From NCBI RefSeq assembly GCF_006345805.1, contig NC_043000.1:99262001-99326000 (forward strand): a stretch of 64,000 nt of DNA. Reading direction: 5' to 3'. Below the pieces are notes generated by a model. The model was not told where the DNA came from. It made no database searches and saw only the letters and a program-made list of their open reading frames with translations. Made by a program: the position numbers and the translations under genes. The DNA comes from Octopus sinensis (taxonomy: Eukaryota). This document shows positions 1-14,300 of this stretch, one piece after another (the first letter of the stretch is position 1; each line of letters begins with the position of its first letter).

Positions 1-375
1 ATGTATGTCTGTGTATATGAAATGGACGTGTGTGTGTGTGTGTGTGCGAGAGAGAGAAACAGAGAGAGAGAGTGAGTGAGTGAGTGAGTGAAGGTGTGTG
101 TCGTAATGATGGATTTCTTTTAAGGTACATACACATATAGAAGATGTGACGTCATCGTCGTCGTCGTCGTATAAAATGCTTACGATAGTTGAGTTATGGA
201 AAAAGATTACAATTTTAAATTTTTGTAATGGAAATATGTCAATGAAAATAAAGTTTAGCTGGTAGCGGAAATAGTACTGAATCTTTTGATATCCCATACG
301 CCAAAATCTTGGTGGTCATGTATTATTCCCATGATCATCACCAATACCACTGCTACCACCACCAATGGGGTATTG

Positions 376-512
376 AAAATCTTGTTGAACGTTGGGCAGA
401 TGTTGTAAACAACAAGGGTGAATACATTATTGAATTATTAATTGTTATTTTTTATTAAACCTTTTAAAATTTTGAATAATTAAAAAAAAACGGCGGGTAC
501 TTAGTTGCCAAG

Positions 513-518
<6 letters not shown>
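376..518 (+). mobile_element. Mariner 3' end remnant (same family as 47296-48556)
   Basis: Encodes GIENLVERWADVVNNKGEYIIE*, followed by TIR-like cggcgggtacttagttgccaagccaa abutting (TA)n. Confidence 0.75.
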
Positions 519-567
<49 letters not shown>

Positions 568-1012
568 GACGGGCTTCTTTTAGTTTTCCACCCACAAGGC
601 TTTGTTCGACCCGGGCCCACACTACATTAGAAGACAGTTGTCCAGGGTACCGCGCAATGGGACTGAACCTAGAACTATATGGTTGGGGAGCAAACCTCTT
701 GCCATGCCGACACGCCTGCGTCTTGTACGTTTTTGAGATCACGTACGCATATTATACTAAGCACAAACTGAAGGAGAAAAAAAAGAAGAAAAACGAAAAC
801 TCGGTACCTAGATAGAGTAAATATTTAATGTGTATGTTAGGAATTCTATTTTACAACATTCCGTTATTCAAAGTTTACAATACTGACAAAGGTCGGGTGT
901 GGGTGAGGATGGGAAAAATCTGATCTATCAGCTAGCCAAGTCTGAAGAATGTCCAAAGAATAAAGACATGAATCTTCAAGTAAGGCAAGGCTGTAAACTA
1001 GCATTGTGGAAC

Positions 1013-1055
<43 letters not shown>

Positions 1056-1138
1056 TGAACAAGACATGTATGTATGGATGGATGTACGTGTGTGTATGTA
1101 TTTATGTATGTGTTTGTGTGCACACGCGCGTGCGTGCA

Positions 1139-1171
<33 letters not shown>

Positions 1172-1239
1172 CCTCGTTGTCACCCACTTATCTCAAGTTG
1201 CCTTTTTTCCTTATATAGCATGTCCATATTACCATCGCT

Positions 1240-1357
1240 ACCACCACCACCACCACCACCACCACTACCCAGTTGCTACTACTACTACTACTGCTACTAC
1301 TACTACAACAGCTACTACTACTACTACTACTACTACTACCACTATCACCATCACGTT

Positions 1358-1393
<36 letters not shown>

Positions 1394-1410
1394 CATCATA
1401 ATCGTCACCA
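1240..1410. repeat. (CAC)n/(TAC)n trinucleotide microsatellite
   Basis: Directly visible. The window also has dozens of (TA)n, (CA)n, (TATG)n, (GATA)n, (GGAT)n and (GA)n tracts that are not listed individually. Confidence 0.95.
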
Positions 1411-1952
1411 CTATTGCTGCCATCACTACCAACAAGAACAAAAATAACAGCAAAAACAAGAGAACACCTTCGTCATCAGCAGCAGCAGTTACAGCAACAT
1501 CTCCATATATGAATTCGTTTCAGTTCTCTATTTCTGTAAATTTTCCGATCATCATCATCATCACCATCATCTATAGCAGCCAAACCTCCCTCTATTTAGA
1601 AAGTTTAAAACACAATTAAGAAGGAAGGAAACCATTATATGGTGTAGTCTCAGATACATTTATATCTGAATGATCGCAAATGTTCCAGCTATGACCATCC
1701 TGTCTTTCTGAATGAGACCCACCCTGAGGCAAAACAAGCAAAAAATTTCAACTATATCAACAACTACAATAAAAAAAAACGGGTCAGCGTGTCCTAGATT
1801 CTGGCTGACAATCCAATAAGGAAGAAGGTAGAGCAGGAGGGAGTGAAAAAGGAAGGAAGGAAGGAAGGAAGGATAAAAAGAAAGAGATGGCCAAAGAGAG
1901 AATTAGAGTAACAGAGGAAAGAAGACAAACAGTTGGAGATATATGGAGATAT

Positions 1953-1991
<39 letters not shown>

Positions 1992-2821
1992 GACAGACAG
2001 ACAGACAGACAGACAGAGGAAGGGGCAGCGGGAGAGAGATAGAGAATTAGGGGTATATATAAAGGGTGATAGGTCAATAGGTAAATGAGAGGGAGGTGAC
2101 CTGAAAATATAAGGGGCGGGGTGTAGAAAATATAGAGAAAGAAATGGAGACGAGAGAATGAGGAAAAGATAAAGACTGATTTGGGGGGCGTAAAGCTAAA
2201 AGTGCTTTATAATCACACACACACACACACAACTATATACATATAAAACAGAGTTATTAGCGAGGGATTATCATTCTGGGCAAAGTACTTCATAAGCTCT
2301 CTATTAGCTATTCCTGGCTATCCGTATGTAGCATCCGTGTCTTCGGGGAATGATCTCCCTTTGCAGGCTAGAGGACACCGAGATGGTGTCAGCCCTCCTG
2401 GTGACGTCGATGATCGCCTGGGGCTAAATGCATCAGTAACACCCCCACCACCCTGCCCTGTCCCTAGCCACATTCAGATGGCTGATGCCCCTTATAATAT
2501 TGTTTAGGTTAGTGAAGAACTCCAAGTATTCTTTGGCAGGGTCCGTGATTATTGCTCATTGCCATTCTATATTGTGAATCCGTGGTTGCGTTTCAGTCAA
2601 ACTTGTTTTAATACAGAGGGATATACAAAACGAGGTATTAAAAATGGTCATTAGATATTTTTTCCTTATTGGAGTAAATTCGGTTTATAGATCTTTCCAG
2701 AATAATCAGAATGTTGTTCAAGCTTTTCTCAACTGATCAATAGCCCCATCGAGAAACCTATTAGTAACGTACCCATAATGACTATCGAAACAGCTGGAAG
2801 CCAAAATGAAAAATATCTAAT

Positions 2822-3212
2822 AAGAAGTTTGCTACGAACCACATGGTTCTGGGTTCAGTCCCACTGCGCGGCACCTTGGGCAAGTGTCTTCTACTATAGC
2901 TTCGAGCCAACCAAAACCTTGTGAGTGGATTTGGTAGACAGAAACTGATAGACGCCCGTCGTGTATATGTATATGTATGTGTGTGTATATTGTTGTGTGT
3001 CAGTTTGTTCCCCCCACCCCCACCCAACATCGCTAGACAAACGATGCTGGCGTGTTTACGTCCACGTAACTTAGCGGTTCGGCAAAAGAGACTGATAGAA
3101 TAAGTACTAGGCTTGCAAAGAATAAGTCCTAGGGTCGACTTGCTCGACTAAAGGCGGTGCTCCAGCATGGCCACAGTCACATGACTGAAACAAGTAAGAG
3201 AGTAAAGAGAGT
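2822..3212 (+). mobile_element. SINE family A copy
   Basis: Same body and tail as 51270-51708. Confidence 0.8.
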
Positions 3213-3232
3213 AACCATTATTTATACCTTGT

Positions 3233-3353
<121 letters not shown>

Positions 3354-3553
3354 ATTTGTATATATCTATGTATGATTTTTCTTTGAGTTTTATTTAAGTT
3401 CTTCTTTTGAAAGTTCCAGCCGGCCACTAACAAAGCAACAAGACTTTTTAATTTAAAAGATTTCCTGGAGTTTGTAAATACGTACATAGTTGAGTTAGTG
3501 TTGAAACGCCGATGCACACATCCAAGTGTGTGCATCTATTCATCTACAGAATC

Positions 3554-4165
3554 TCAAATGGCGAATCTTTGGAATGTCTTACAAATCTTCACTGTGTCGC
3601 TAATAAATTGAATTTGGAGAATTCCAGTCATTTTCTTTTGCTCTTTCTTTGAAAAACCTAGTATTTCTAGGGTTTTATGTAAATTTGTGGGTACGTAGCT
3701 TAATGTATCTTTGGTGATAAGTAAAAAGGAATATTTATAGTCAAGGTACAAGAGCTGCAAGTTTCGCATTAATTCACCATAAATATTCTCTTTTTCCTGG
3801 ACTTTTGATTGTACATTCACATCCGCTGAGCATCTAGCCCTTATAACAGTTCATGGCTTTTTTTCCATGTCCCAAAGCGCAATATCAGGTCGGTTATATT
3901 TGCACCAACGTCAGAGAAGTCCTTCCTGCAGTTAGCATTGTAAATAGTTTTTGCAACTATGTCATGCCTCAGGGGCAGGTGGTATCTCATACACATTTTG
4001 TGGCAGCTGCTGATGATATAGGTGATATCCTCCACACGGGTATGGCAGAGCCGACATTTTCTATCGCAACGTAGAGGTTTGGTGATATTTTTGTATTTCT
4101 TGTTTAGCAGGTACTTAGTAACCTATCTCATGTTCCTGGATAGCAAAAGCATGTCCTTCTCAGTG
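3554..4165 (-). mobile_element. R4/Dong-like RLE fragment (same family as 53460-54170), internally deleted
   Basis: GHAFAIQEHEIG, IISSCHK...RHDIVAKTIYN, EKENIYGELMRNLQLLYLDYKYSF, KICKTFQRF. Confidence 0.75.
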
Positions 4166-4953
4166 TGTGTATGTATGCGTCACTGTAAATTATTAAAGCG
4201 ATGATTCATTAGAGGCGTTTAGGAAAGTGCTTTCGCGGTATTTCTTCCGGATCACTACATTCTCGGTTCAAATCTCGCCGAAGACACTTAACCTCACATC
4301 TCCAGGGGTCAATAAAATGCAATACCAGTCACCTCCTAGAATTATCGTAAAGGGTATCCCTTCCTCCCTAAAACTGATGGCACCCCCTCTCTCTCTCACA
4401 CACACATATGTAGGAGATCGTTTTCCTCTGCTTTGCTGAGATTCGAAACCGAATCCATACACCTGTTGTTTGTCAGACGAATGTCTGAGACACAGCAAAG
4501 ATAAGAAGAGCGCTAACACCAACCGTTTCCATATCTCCGTCACTACTAATCGTTCACAATTCTCCTTTCCTAAAGAAAATTTTACACAGTCGCATAGTAG
4601 TACGCTCTTACAAACATTAATTCCGATCTTCACACGCATGAATACGAAAACAATTATATATATATACATATATATATAATTGTGTGCGTATATCTATATA
4701 TATATGTATATATATTATATTATTTATTTATAATCGAACCCCACGCAGCCTTGATCACAGTAAGTTCTTACATCTCTCTCTCTCTATATATATATATGCT
4801 TGTGTGTCTGTGTCTTTTTAAGCATAAAATTATAAAAAATATTATTATAATTATAATTAAATGCACTGGAGTGCTAACGCCAATATCAGAAGTCTACAGA
4901 CCACTCAAAATTTGCTCTCTTTTTAAAAGAGAACACATATACATATATAATAT

Positions 4954-5005
<52 letters not shown>

Positions 5006-5012
5006 TATATAT

Positions 5013-5048
<36 letters not shown>

Positions 5049-5049
<1 letters not shown>

Positions 5050-6291
5050 CAGGTTGAGTGAAAAGTAAACAACGTTTTAAACCATGAAGAATTTGTATAG
5101 GATTTTTGCATTGTTTTGCAATTGTCTGATAATAAAGACATAGACTAACATAGATTTACATGGATAAGTTTTTCACCCTTGTTACAATCTTCTGAAATGG
5201 AACTGTCAAAGCGCGATATTCAAGCAATTTTGTTATCCAACTTCCATAACGGACGTAAAACAGCTGATACAGTTCGCGAAATCAAGGAAACGTTTGGTGA
5301 GGAAATGACTAGTGAGTAGTCAGCTCGAAAATAGTTAAACGATTTCGCAGTGGATACCTGAGCTTTGAAGATCGTGTGCGTAGTGGACGCCCATCTGTCA
5401 TTGATGACGATCAATTAAAGACCGTCATTGAGAAAGATCCACGTAAAACTATTCGAGAACTGGCAAAACTTCAAGTTAGCCAGAAAACTGCCTGCAATCA
5501 TTTGCATGCGATCGAAATATCAAAAACAGCTGGACAAATGGGCACAAAACGATTTGAACGAAAATCAGGAAATGCGCAGATATGAAATTTGTTCGTCTCT
5601 TCTTCCTAACCAGACCGATCCATTTCTCGACTGTATAAGTAACTTGCGAGGCAATGTGGATTCTGTACTATAGTAAAAAACGTTCTTCGTAGTGGTTGAA
5701 CCAAAGTGAAACACCGAAAACCTTCCCGAAACCCAAGCTCTTCAAAAAGAAGGTTATAGTAACTATTTGGTGGTGTACTGCTGGACTCATCCATTATGAT
5801 TTCTTAAAACCCGGAAAAAGCATTACTGCAGAAACATGTCACCGTGAAATTGCCAAAATGAACGAATAACTGCGACTACTCCGTCTCAGACTGGTAAACA
5901 GAAGAGAGGCCAACTCTTCTTCATGACAATGCTTGACCACACGTTTCACTAATGACGCTCGAGAAGTTGAGTGAACTTGGTTACGATGTTCTTCCCCACT
6001 CAGCTTATTCCCCAGACCTTTCTCCTACTGATACCACTTTTTCAAGCATCTTGTTGGTTTCCTGCGAGAGAAGGAGTTTAAAAACCAAACCGATGCTGAA
6101 AGTGCGTTGAAAGAGTTCATCAGCTCCAGAACTCCAAAATTTTGTTACCGGAATAAATAAACTTGTAGCTCCTTGGCAAAAATGTTTTGATTGTAATGGT
6201 ACTTATTTGATGAAAAAAAATTCAGCATTGTTAAAATATATTGTGATGAATTTGATGTTTCAAAACGTTGCTTACTTTTTACTCAGCCTGA
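5049..6291 (+). mobile_element. Full-length degenerate mariner (Tc1/mariner) transposon
   Basis: TIRs tcaggttgagtgaaaagtaaacaacgtttt / caaaacgttgcttactttttactcagcctga, followed by TA. Broken transposase: MELSKRDIQAIL..., RSGRPSVIDDDQLK, HDNA-like catgacaatgct, SAYSPDLSPTDxHFFKHL. Length about 1.24 kb. Confidence 0.9.
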
Positions 6292-6339
6292 TACACACGC
6301 GCGCACACACATACACACACGCACGCACACACACACACA

Positions 6340-6381
<42 letters not shown>

Positions 6382-6394
6382 GCACATATATATA

Positions 6395-6721
6395 CTCAAA
6401 TATAAAATAGTGTACATTTAAACACAAGAGAAAACTGCCTTCAACAGGCAGATTTTACACGCTAGAAGAAGCAGTCAAAACGAACAAAACCACATTTAAG
6501 AGCAATCTTCGAAAGGAATGAAAAATAAAAACTTTTACCTTGTTATTTTAATCCGGTCAGACCTAGGTTTCTTAATTTTTTTAGCAAGTAAATTTATGTT
6601 CTTTTTAAGAATGGTCTTAAATGTGGTTTTGTTCGTTTTAATTACTTCGTCTAGCGTACAAAAATTACCTGTTGAAGGCAGTTTTTTCTTGTGTTTAAAT
6701 GTACACTATTTTATATTTGAG
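6395..6721. mobile_element. Fold-back MITE-like element with about 120-bp imperfect TIRs
   Basis: ctcaaatataaaatagtgtacatttaaacacaag...ccacatttaaga versus tcttaaatgtgg...cttgtgtttaaatgtacactattttatatttgag. Confidence 0.7.
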
Positions 6722-7100
6722 AATATGTTGTGTATTGACTTTTTATACATGCTAGACCACTGGTGGTGAAATTTCAAAACAAACAAAAAAAACTCACCAC
6801 CCTATATATATTTTACATGTATATGTATATATATATATTTATATGTGTGTGTGTGTGTGTGTACGCGTACATTTTAAGGATAAAAATTCTGTATTCTATG
6901 TTCTTTTTAAATAATTTTTCCTATGATAAAATAGTTATCCCTAATTTCGTGAAAAAGAAATAGATGAGTGTATACCTACTTTTATCCACCCCTGTACATA
7001 TATCGTTTATCTTTTACTTCCTTCAGCTAGTAGATTTCGGTCATGCCGGGGTACCGCCTTGGAGAATTATTAGTCGAATGAATCGACACAGTACTCAAGC

Positions 7101-7171
<71 letters not shown>

Positions 7172-7364
7172 CGCACGCGCACACACACACACACGCACGC
7201 ATGCACACACACACACATATATATAGATGGGTGTTTATGAGGGAGTAAAAAACTCCCGAAATATGGCATATATGCCTATCACTGATTTTTTTTTACTGGC
7301 GGTGCTCCAGCATGGCCGCAACATCAAGGCTGATACATATAAAAGAATGCATATAAATATATAC

Positions 7365-7395
<31 letters not shown>

Positions 7396-7626
7396 TGTAT
7401 GTATGTATGTATGGATGGATGATGGATGGATGGAAATATGTATACATATACATATATGTAGATGTCATCAAAGATGGAGGTGATTATCAGCATTTTATAG
7501 TGGATCGCTTGAAAATTATAGTAATTATTTACACCTGAAATCATTGGTAGTATTATCAATACACAAATTAAGAATATTCACCAAATGCGGTGCTGAACAC
7601 TTTCTCAGGGTATACACACACAAACA

Positions 7627-7665
<39 letters not shown>

Positions 7666-7776
7666 ACACACACACACATGCATACATGCATACAAGCATG
7701 TATGTATGCATACATAATACATACATACATACATACATACATACATCATACATACATACATACATACATACATACA

Positions 7777-7810
<34 letters not shown>

Positions 7811-8923
7811 CACAGGCTTATTAAAGCGCACTCTACCAAATATTTTCCACTCAGTGTCCAGATCAGCACTCTACTCTTATACACCTGCTATGTTACAGCG
7901 CAGTATTCAAGTAGGTATGAGGTGGATTGTTATAAAAATCAGTTGTACGAGAATAATCACAAAACCGATTACTGACATTTCGAGTGCATTAAAGACGTAC
8001 GTTTCAAGTGGTTACTTAGCAAATTGTTACACAGAATCTAACCTCCTCAGTCGTTTCAAGCGAAATATTTCCACTTGAAACGTACATTTTGAAAACAGAA
8101 TCGCAACATTAGATTTTTGATTATATTACGTTGCGAGTTTATGTGTGTGTTTGTGTGTGTGTGTGAGGGTGTGAGAGTGTGTATCTGTGTTTTTATGCAT
8201 GTATGTATGAATGTATGTATGTATATATATGAGGGTCAAATTGACAGAATCGTTGTGCAATTCTGGCCGGCCCTCTGTGCTCTAAATTCAAATCTACACT
8301 AAGATCAACTTTGCGTTGACATCCTTTCGGGAGTCGATAAATAAGTATTAATCTTGGTTCTTCTCTCCTCCTAACTCTTTCTTTCTTCTAATTTCCTAAG
8401 AAATCGATTGTGGTCACTCCTGGTGCGAAATAGGCTCCGCTGGGCCTAAAATACCTAAAATACACACATATGTCATAATGGCAAGTCCATGACTCTATGA
8501 TGGAGTTAAAAGCTAATGCTAAGGCATAATATGGTGTATATGCGTGTGTACAAGTTTATTAGAACAAACAAGAGAAATAGACTTCGACACAAGTGTATGT
8601 ATGCATGTATGTATGTGTGTGTGTGTGTGTGTGTTTTAATCGGCAGAAAGTTACGTAAATATACCTGACATACATATTCTATAATATAATTATGGAGTTT
8701 GTCGTTTCTCTTCAGTTTGCTGAAGAGTAGTGTTAATATTCAGTTTAGTCAATGGTGTGTCTATGCGTAAAGACATATAAATATATCTATGTGTGTGCCT
8801 ATCACTTCATCTATTTTACACACACACAGCTTTTTTTGCGTGGGTGGCAGGTTCACTACACTATCGTGATAGTACTATGATTTCATTGTTGCCGAAGTAG
8901 AAGTAGAAGTAGTAGTAGTAGTT

Positions 8924-8961
<38 letters not shown>

Positions 8962-9130
8962 TAGTAGTAGTAGTAGTAGTAAACGTGATGGTGGTAGTAG
9001 AAGTGGAAACTTTTGGTCTAGGGGCATTTTTTTTTCTGTGTTTATACTTGTAGTTCGTTACACTTAAGTGTCATTTAGAAATACTCAACGAGATAGATAT
9101 ACAGATGGAGAGATAGAGAAAGATGGAGGA

Positions 9131-9186
<56 letters not shown>

Positions 9187-9479
9187 TGAGTGAGTGAGAG
9201 GAGAGAGAAAAAAGTGTGTGTGAGTGAGAGAGAGGGAGAGGAAGAGAGATCACGCTAACCACTTTCTCGGACAACGGAAGTTTCTTGCAAAATAGAGATT
9301 TGTTCAGGAAGATATAGGCCACACAGATGTATGTGTATATATGTAAATACATATTTGTGTGCTTGTATGTGTGTGTGTGTGTATGTGGTGATCTAGACCA
9401 ACTTTTCTTTTCTTTTTCTCTCTTTCTCCCACTATCTTTTCCTCTCAGTTTTTTCTATATATTTAGGTGTTTATGCGTG

Positions 9480-9552
<73 letters not shown>

Positions 9553-10124
9553 GTATGCATATATCTATATATCTACGTATATATGCATATATATATATAT
9601 ATGTATATTTATATATATATGTATGTGTGTGTGTGTGTGTGTGCGTATGTGTGCGTGTGTGGGTGTAATGTAATTTATATGGTTCAAATGATACCAAAAA
9701 CACAGAAAAACAAGACTTTTTGGTGAGAGAACAACAAATAGGGTGTATTATTTTGACGCTCATTAAAAGTACTACACATTTTTGACGTTTCGAGCCAACG
9801 CTCTTCTACAGGAAGGAATGAATAGGGAAAAACAGAAGGCGGTGAGGAAAATGGAGAGAAAAAAAGACGCACCTGCAATAACGGGTTAAACTGGGTCCCA
9901 CCTGCAAGGTCATGCGCCGTTTGTCTTGATATAAAATCACCATGTAGTGCACATATGGTTGATGTTTGTGATTCATATACCTGGTGTGCCCCTATCAGAT
10001 GGGTAGTCATGATGGGTATAATTTGGGCTTCGTATATATATATATAAATATCTACATATATACATATATATATATAATTATCTATATATATATCTATATA
10101 TATATCTATACTGTATATATATAT

Positions 10125-10164
<40 letters not shown>

Positions 10165-10174
10165 TATAATATAT

Positions 10175-10230
<56 letters not shown>

Positions 10231-10669
10231 ATTACGGAGATGTACTCGCATAGCAAGTAATTTGATCTGAGATCGTGTGCTGAAACGAAAACAATTGCAG
10301 CGTGGAAGTGTTTATAAGCCATTAAGAAACACACAAAAGCCGTTTCGATTCACTTCAACATTTAAGTTTAATTTGTCAAAATATTTTCGTCGCTAAAATC
10401 CGCGACCTGTTCACTGAGATGCAGCACGGAGACTTTGTCATGAACAGGTCGCGGATTTTAGCGACGAAATATTTTGACAATTAAACTTAAATGTTGAAGT
10501 GAATCGAACGCTTTTGTGTGTTTCTTAAATGGCTTATAAACACCTTCCACGCTGCAATTGTTATATATATATAATCTTCTATCAATTTCTAACTATAATA
10601 TAATATATATATATATATACTCTTCTATCAATTTCTAACTATATAGTATATATATATATATATATATAT

Positions 10670-10712
<43 letters not shown>

Positions 10713-10730
10713 ATATATATATTATATATT

Positions 10731-12091
10731 ACTCGGTAAGTAGAACAGGCCTCTTCCTCCTGCTCCAAAAAATCGGATGTCCACCAAAGCTGCTGAGGAT
10801 CATCAAGTCTTTCCATGATGACATGCAAGGCACCATACAGCACAACGGTTCAACATCAGCCGCCTTCCAAATAAAAAACGGGGTAAAGCAAGGCTGTGTC
10901 CTCGCTCCTACATTGTTTGGCATCTTCTTCTCACTCTTTTGTCACATGCCCTTTCAGACATCAGATGATGGAGTGTTCTTGCACAGTAGAAGTGACGGGA
11001 AACTGTTCAATCTCTCGCGCCTGCGTGCCAAGACCAAAATCAGAAACGTCCTGATCAAGGAGATGTTATTTGCTGATGATGCCGCTCTGGTAACACACAC
11101 AGAAGAAGCCCTCCAAAGGCTCATTAACTGTTTTGAGCAAGCATGTAACGACTTTGGCTTAGCTATCAGCCTAAGAAGACCAACATCATGGGCCAGGCTA
11201 CATCGGACAATCCCAACATACATATTGGAGACCACAGATTACAAGAGTGGAGAAGTTTACCTATCTGGGCTCTACCGTCACCTACACCTATCCCTGACGC
11301 TGAGCTCAATATACGCATTGGCAAGGCAGCTACTGCGATGGCCCAACTCTCCAAACGGGCCTGGGATAACAATAAGCTGACCAAGACCACAAAAATGAAG
11401 ATCTACCAGCATGTGTACTCAGCACTCTACTATGTATGGAAGCGAGACCTGACGCTATACACACGCCAAGAGCGTCGCCTAAACATCTTTCACCTGCGCT
11501 GCCTCCGAAAAATCCTCCACATCAAATGGCAAATCATATCCCCAACAAAGATGTCCTCAGGCAAGCAGGAATACCACTGTTTGCACTCCTCACACAAAGA
11601 CGCATGAGATGGCTTGGGCATGTAGCCCGTATGAAAGATGGCAGAATCCCCAAGGACATACTCTACTCTACGAGAGCTTGCTAGGGGTACTAGGTCTGTG
11701 GGTAGACCGATCTTGCGTTACAAGGATGTTTGCAAAAGGGATATGAAGGCCTGTAACATCAACATTAGCGGTTGGGAGGCAGTCGCCGGCAACCGTGGAG
11801 AATGGCGACGTACAGTAAAAGAGGGTATACAGAGGAGTGACAGAAAGAGAGAGGAGAAATGGAAAGAAAGGAAGAGACATAAACAAGAGACCATGGCACT
11901 ACAATCAGCCAGGAACAGTCTTCGCTACATTTGCAGTACCTGCCAGAATGGGTGTTTGTCCAGGATAGGACTACAAAGCCACAGCAAGAAATGTAACAGG
12001 AAATAAAATATAACCGCCGACTAGACCTAGAAAAAAAAAATGCGCAAACTCCATGTCTCCTCCCGAACAGAAGGATGCCAAACAAACAAAA

Positions 12092-12094
<3 letters not shown>
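10731..12094 (+). mobile_element. 5'-truncated RTE-clade LINE
   Basis: GCPPKLL, GVKQGCVLAPTLFGIFFS, EMLFADDAAL, RLNIFHLRCLRKIL, RWLGHVARMKDGRIPKDILY, with frameshifts. The 3' end agaaggatgccaaacaaac is followed by (TA)n. Confidence 0.92.
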
Positions 12095-12146
<52 letters not shown>

Positions 12147-12783
12147 AAATTGATAGAAGATTTTTAGTAATATTTATCCCTTTTCCACTATAGGCACATT
12201 GCCTGAAATTTTGGGAAAACGTGATGGTCGATTACATCGACCCCAATGCTTTATATACACCGAAAGAATGAAAGCCAAAGTCGACCTCGGAGGAATTTCA
12301 ACTCAGAACGTAAAGTCGAACGAATTGCCGTTAAGCATTTTGCACGGCGTGTGTAATGACCCTGTCAGCTCTCTGCCCTATGCCCACTTGAAAATATGTT
12401 GACCAGTAAATACACGGGCAGGGAAAACTGTTCTTTACAGATGATAAATCCATATACATCCTAGCTTGCGAGCCAACTTGGGAACTGCTATTGAATAGAA
12501 GCAGCTGCACCTCCTTCGAATAACATGCATCAGTTTTAGAAAGAAAGTGACGTGTTGAATAATGGTTACACTACGCTTAGGAATAAGGCACTGTAGACCT
12601 GATTAATAGAGAGGCAGGTTCGTAGAATGTTAATACTTCAACTGAAGAATCTAACGATCCAACAAAGGAAATATATCCATTCGATTGACTTGCCAGTATT
12701 AGCAGCTTAATCTTCAAATCAAGCACAATCAACTTCATAAAGGGAGAAGAAATTAGATAATGTTCTATATCTGGGAGAAAAAG

Positions 12784-13085
12784 TGGAGGCGCAATGACCC
12801 AGTGGTTAGGGCAGCGGACTCGCAGTCGGAGGCTCGCAGTTTCGATTCCCAGATCGGGCGTTGCGTGTGTTTATTGAGCGAAAACACCTAAAGCTCCACG
12901 AGGCTCCGGCAGGGTGTGGTGGCGACCCCTATTGTACTCTTTCGCCCCAACTTTCTCACTCTTTCTTCCTGTTTCTTGAGTAACGCTGCGATGGACTGGC
13001 GTCCCGTCCAGCTGGTAGGGGGACACATACGCCACAGAAACCGGGAAACCGGGCCCATGAACCTGGCTAGACTTAAAAAGGACGC
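12784..13085 (+). mobile_element. tRNA-derived SINE family D, tail type 1
   Basis: Head ggaggcgcaatgacccagtggttagggcagcggactcg...ttcgattccc with A/B-box-like motifs, then body and a gatggactggcgtcccgtccag segment. Confidence 0.8.
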
Positions 13086-14119
13086 AAAGAAAGAATATCT
13101 GGAAGAAAAAAAACAAAAAACGAACGAAGTTGTCAGAATTGAAATGTCGCCTTTGACCATATGTGCGCTCGATTGTGGCTGACAACATGAATAGCAACAA
13201 AATTAACAAGTCCACAAAATTGCCTTTACGTGGTTGTTCTGTCAGCTAGAAATTGCACTCAAATGCTCTAAACCACATACCACCGTTCTTAAAAAGGTAA
13301 GACACAGGTGTCCTATCTATACGGAAAAGGAACATGATTATCATGGCTAGAACACGTTTGATCAAAACTCGATGCTAAGCAACAAAGAATATAAACTGAC
13401 AGTAATAAAAAAGCCCACCCATTGGTTCATACATCAGAACTCATATCACAAAATCACGAAGAAGTAGTAAAACAAAATTAAATATAATTAGATTTATAAC
13501 ATGGAATCAGCTTTGTTTTTGCGATATTTTACTTCAGTTATTTCGGTGAAGCAGTATGTAAAAATTCAAAAGACGATTGGTGACTAAAGAACACTAATAA
13601 TAAATATTATTTCTACTACAAGCTTAAAGCCTGGAAATTCGGGGAAGGGAGATAGCCGATCACATCGACCCCAGTGCAAAATAGGTACTCATTTTATCGA
13701 CCTCGAAACGATGAAAGGCGAAGGCGACCGCAGTAGAATTTGAGCTCAGACCGTAGTGACGGACGAAATGCGGCTGAGCACTTTGCCTGGCGTGTAAACG
13801 ATTCAGCCAACTCACCGCCTTAAATAATAATAATAGAAAATAGAAGTAACTCGAAAGTGGAATCTAAAAACAGAAACAATTCCTATCATAATAGGTGCAT
13901 TAGGTATGATTAAAAAAATATTCAGACAAATACATAACAAAAACAACAGGACTTACAAATATATATAACATACAGAAAATTGCACTACTGTGCACTGCAC
14001 ACATCCTACGCAAAACATTTTCAATTCAGTAACCATAAGAGCATCATAGCAAACCACATCACATACCCAAGGCACACAGAGCTGCGCTCGGTAGTGAAGT
14101 GAAAGCACGCTATAAAAAT

Positions 14120-14145
14120 AAAAATAACAACAATAATAATAATAA

Positions 14146-14176
<31 letters not shown>

Positions 14177-14300
14177 AAGAAGAAGAAGAAGAAGGAAGAG
14201 GAGGAGGAGGAGGAGGAGAAGAAGAAGAAGAAGAAGAAGAAGAAGAAGAAGAGAAGAAGAAGAAGAAGAAGAAGAAGAAGAAGAAGAAGAAGAAGAAGAA
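14120..14300. repeat. Compound (AAT)n/(AAG)n/(GAG)n microsatellite
   Basis: Directly visible. Confidence 0.95.

Noticed and set aside
12784-12860. Functional tRNA gene
   Set aside because: The tRNA-like segment continues into a repeated SINE body and does not form a convincing cloverleaf. The same applies to the other tRNA-like heads.
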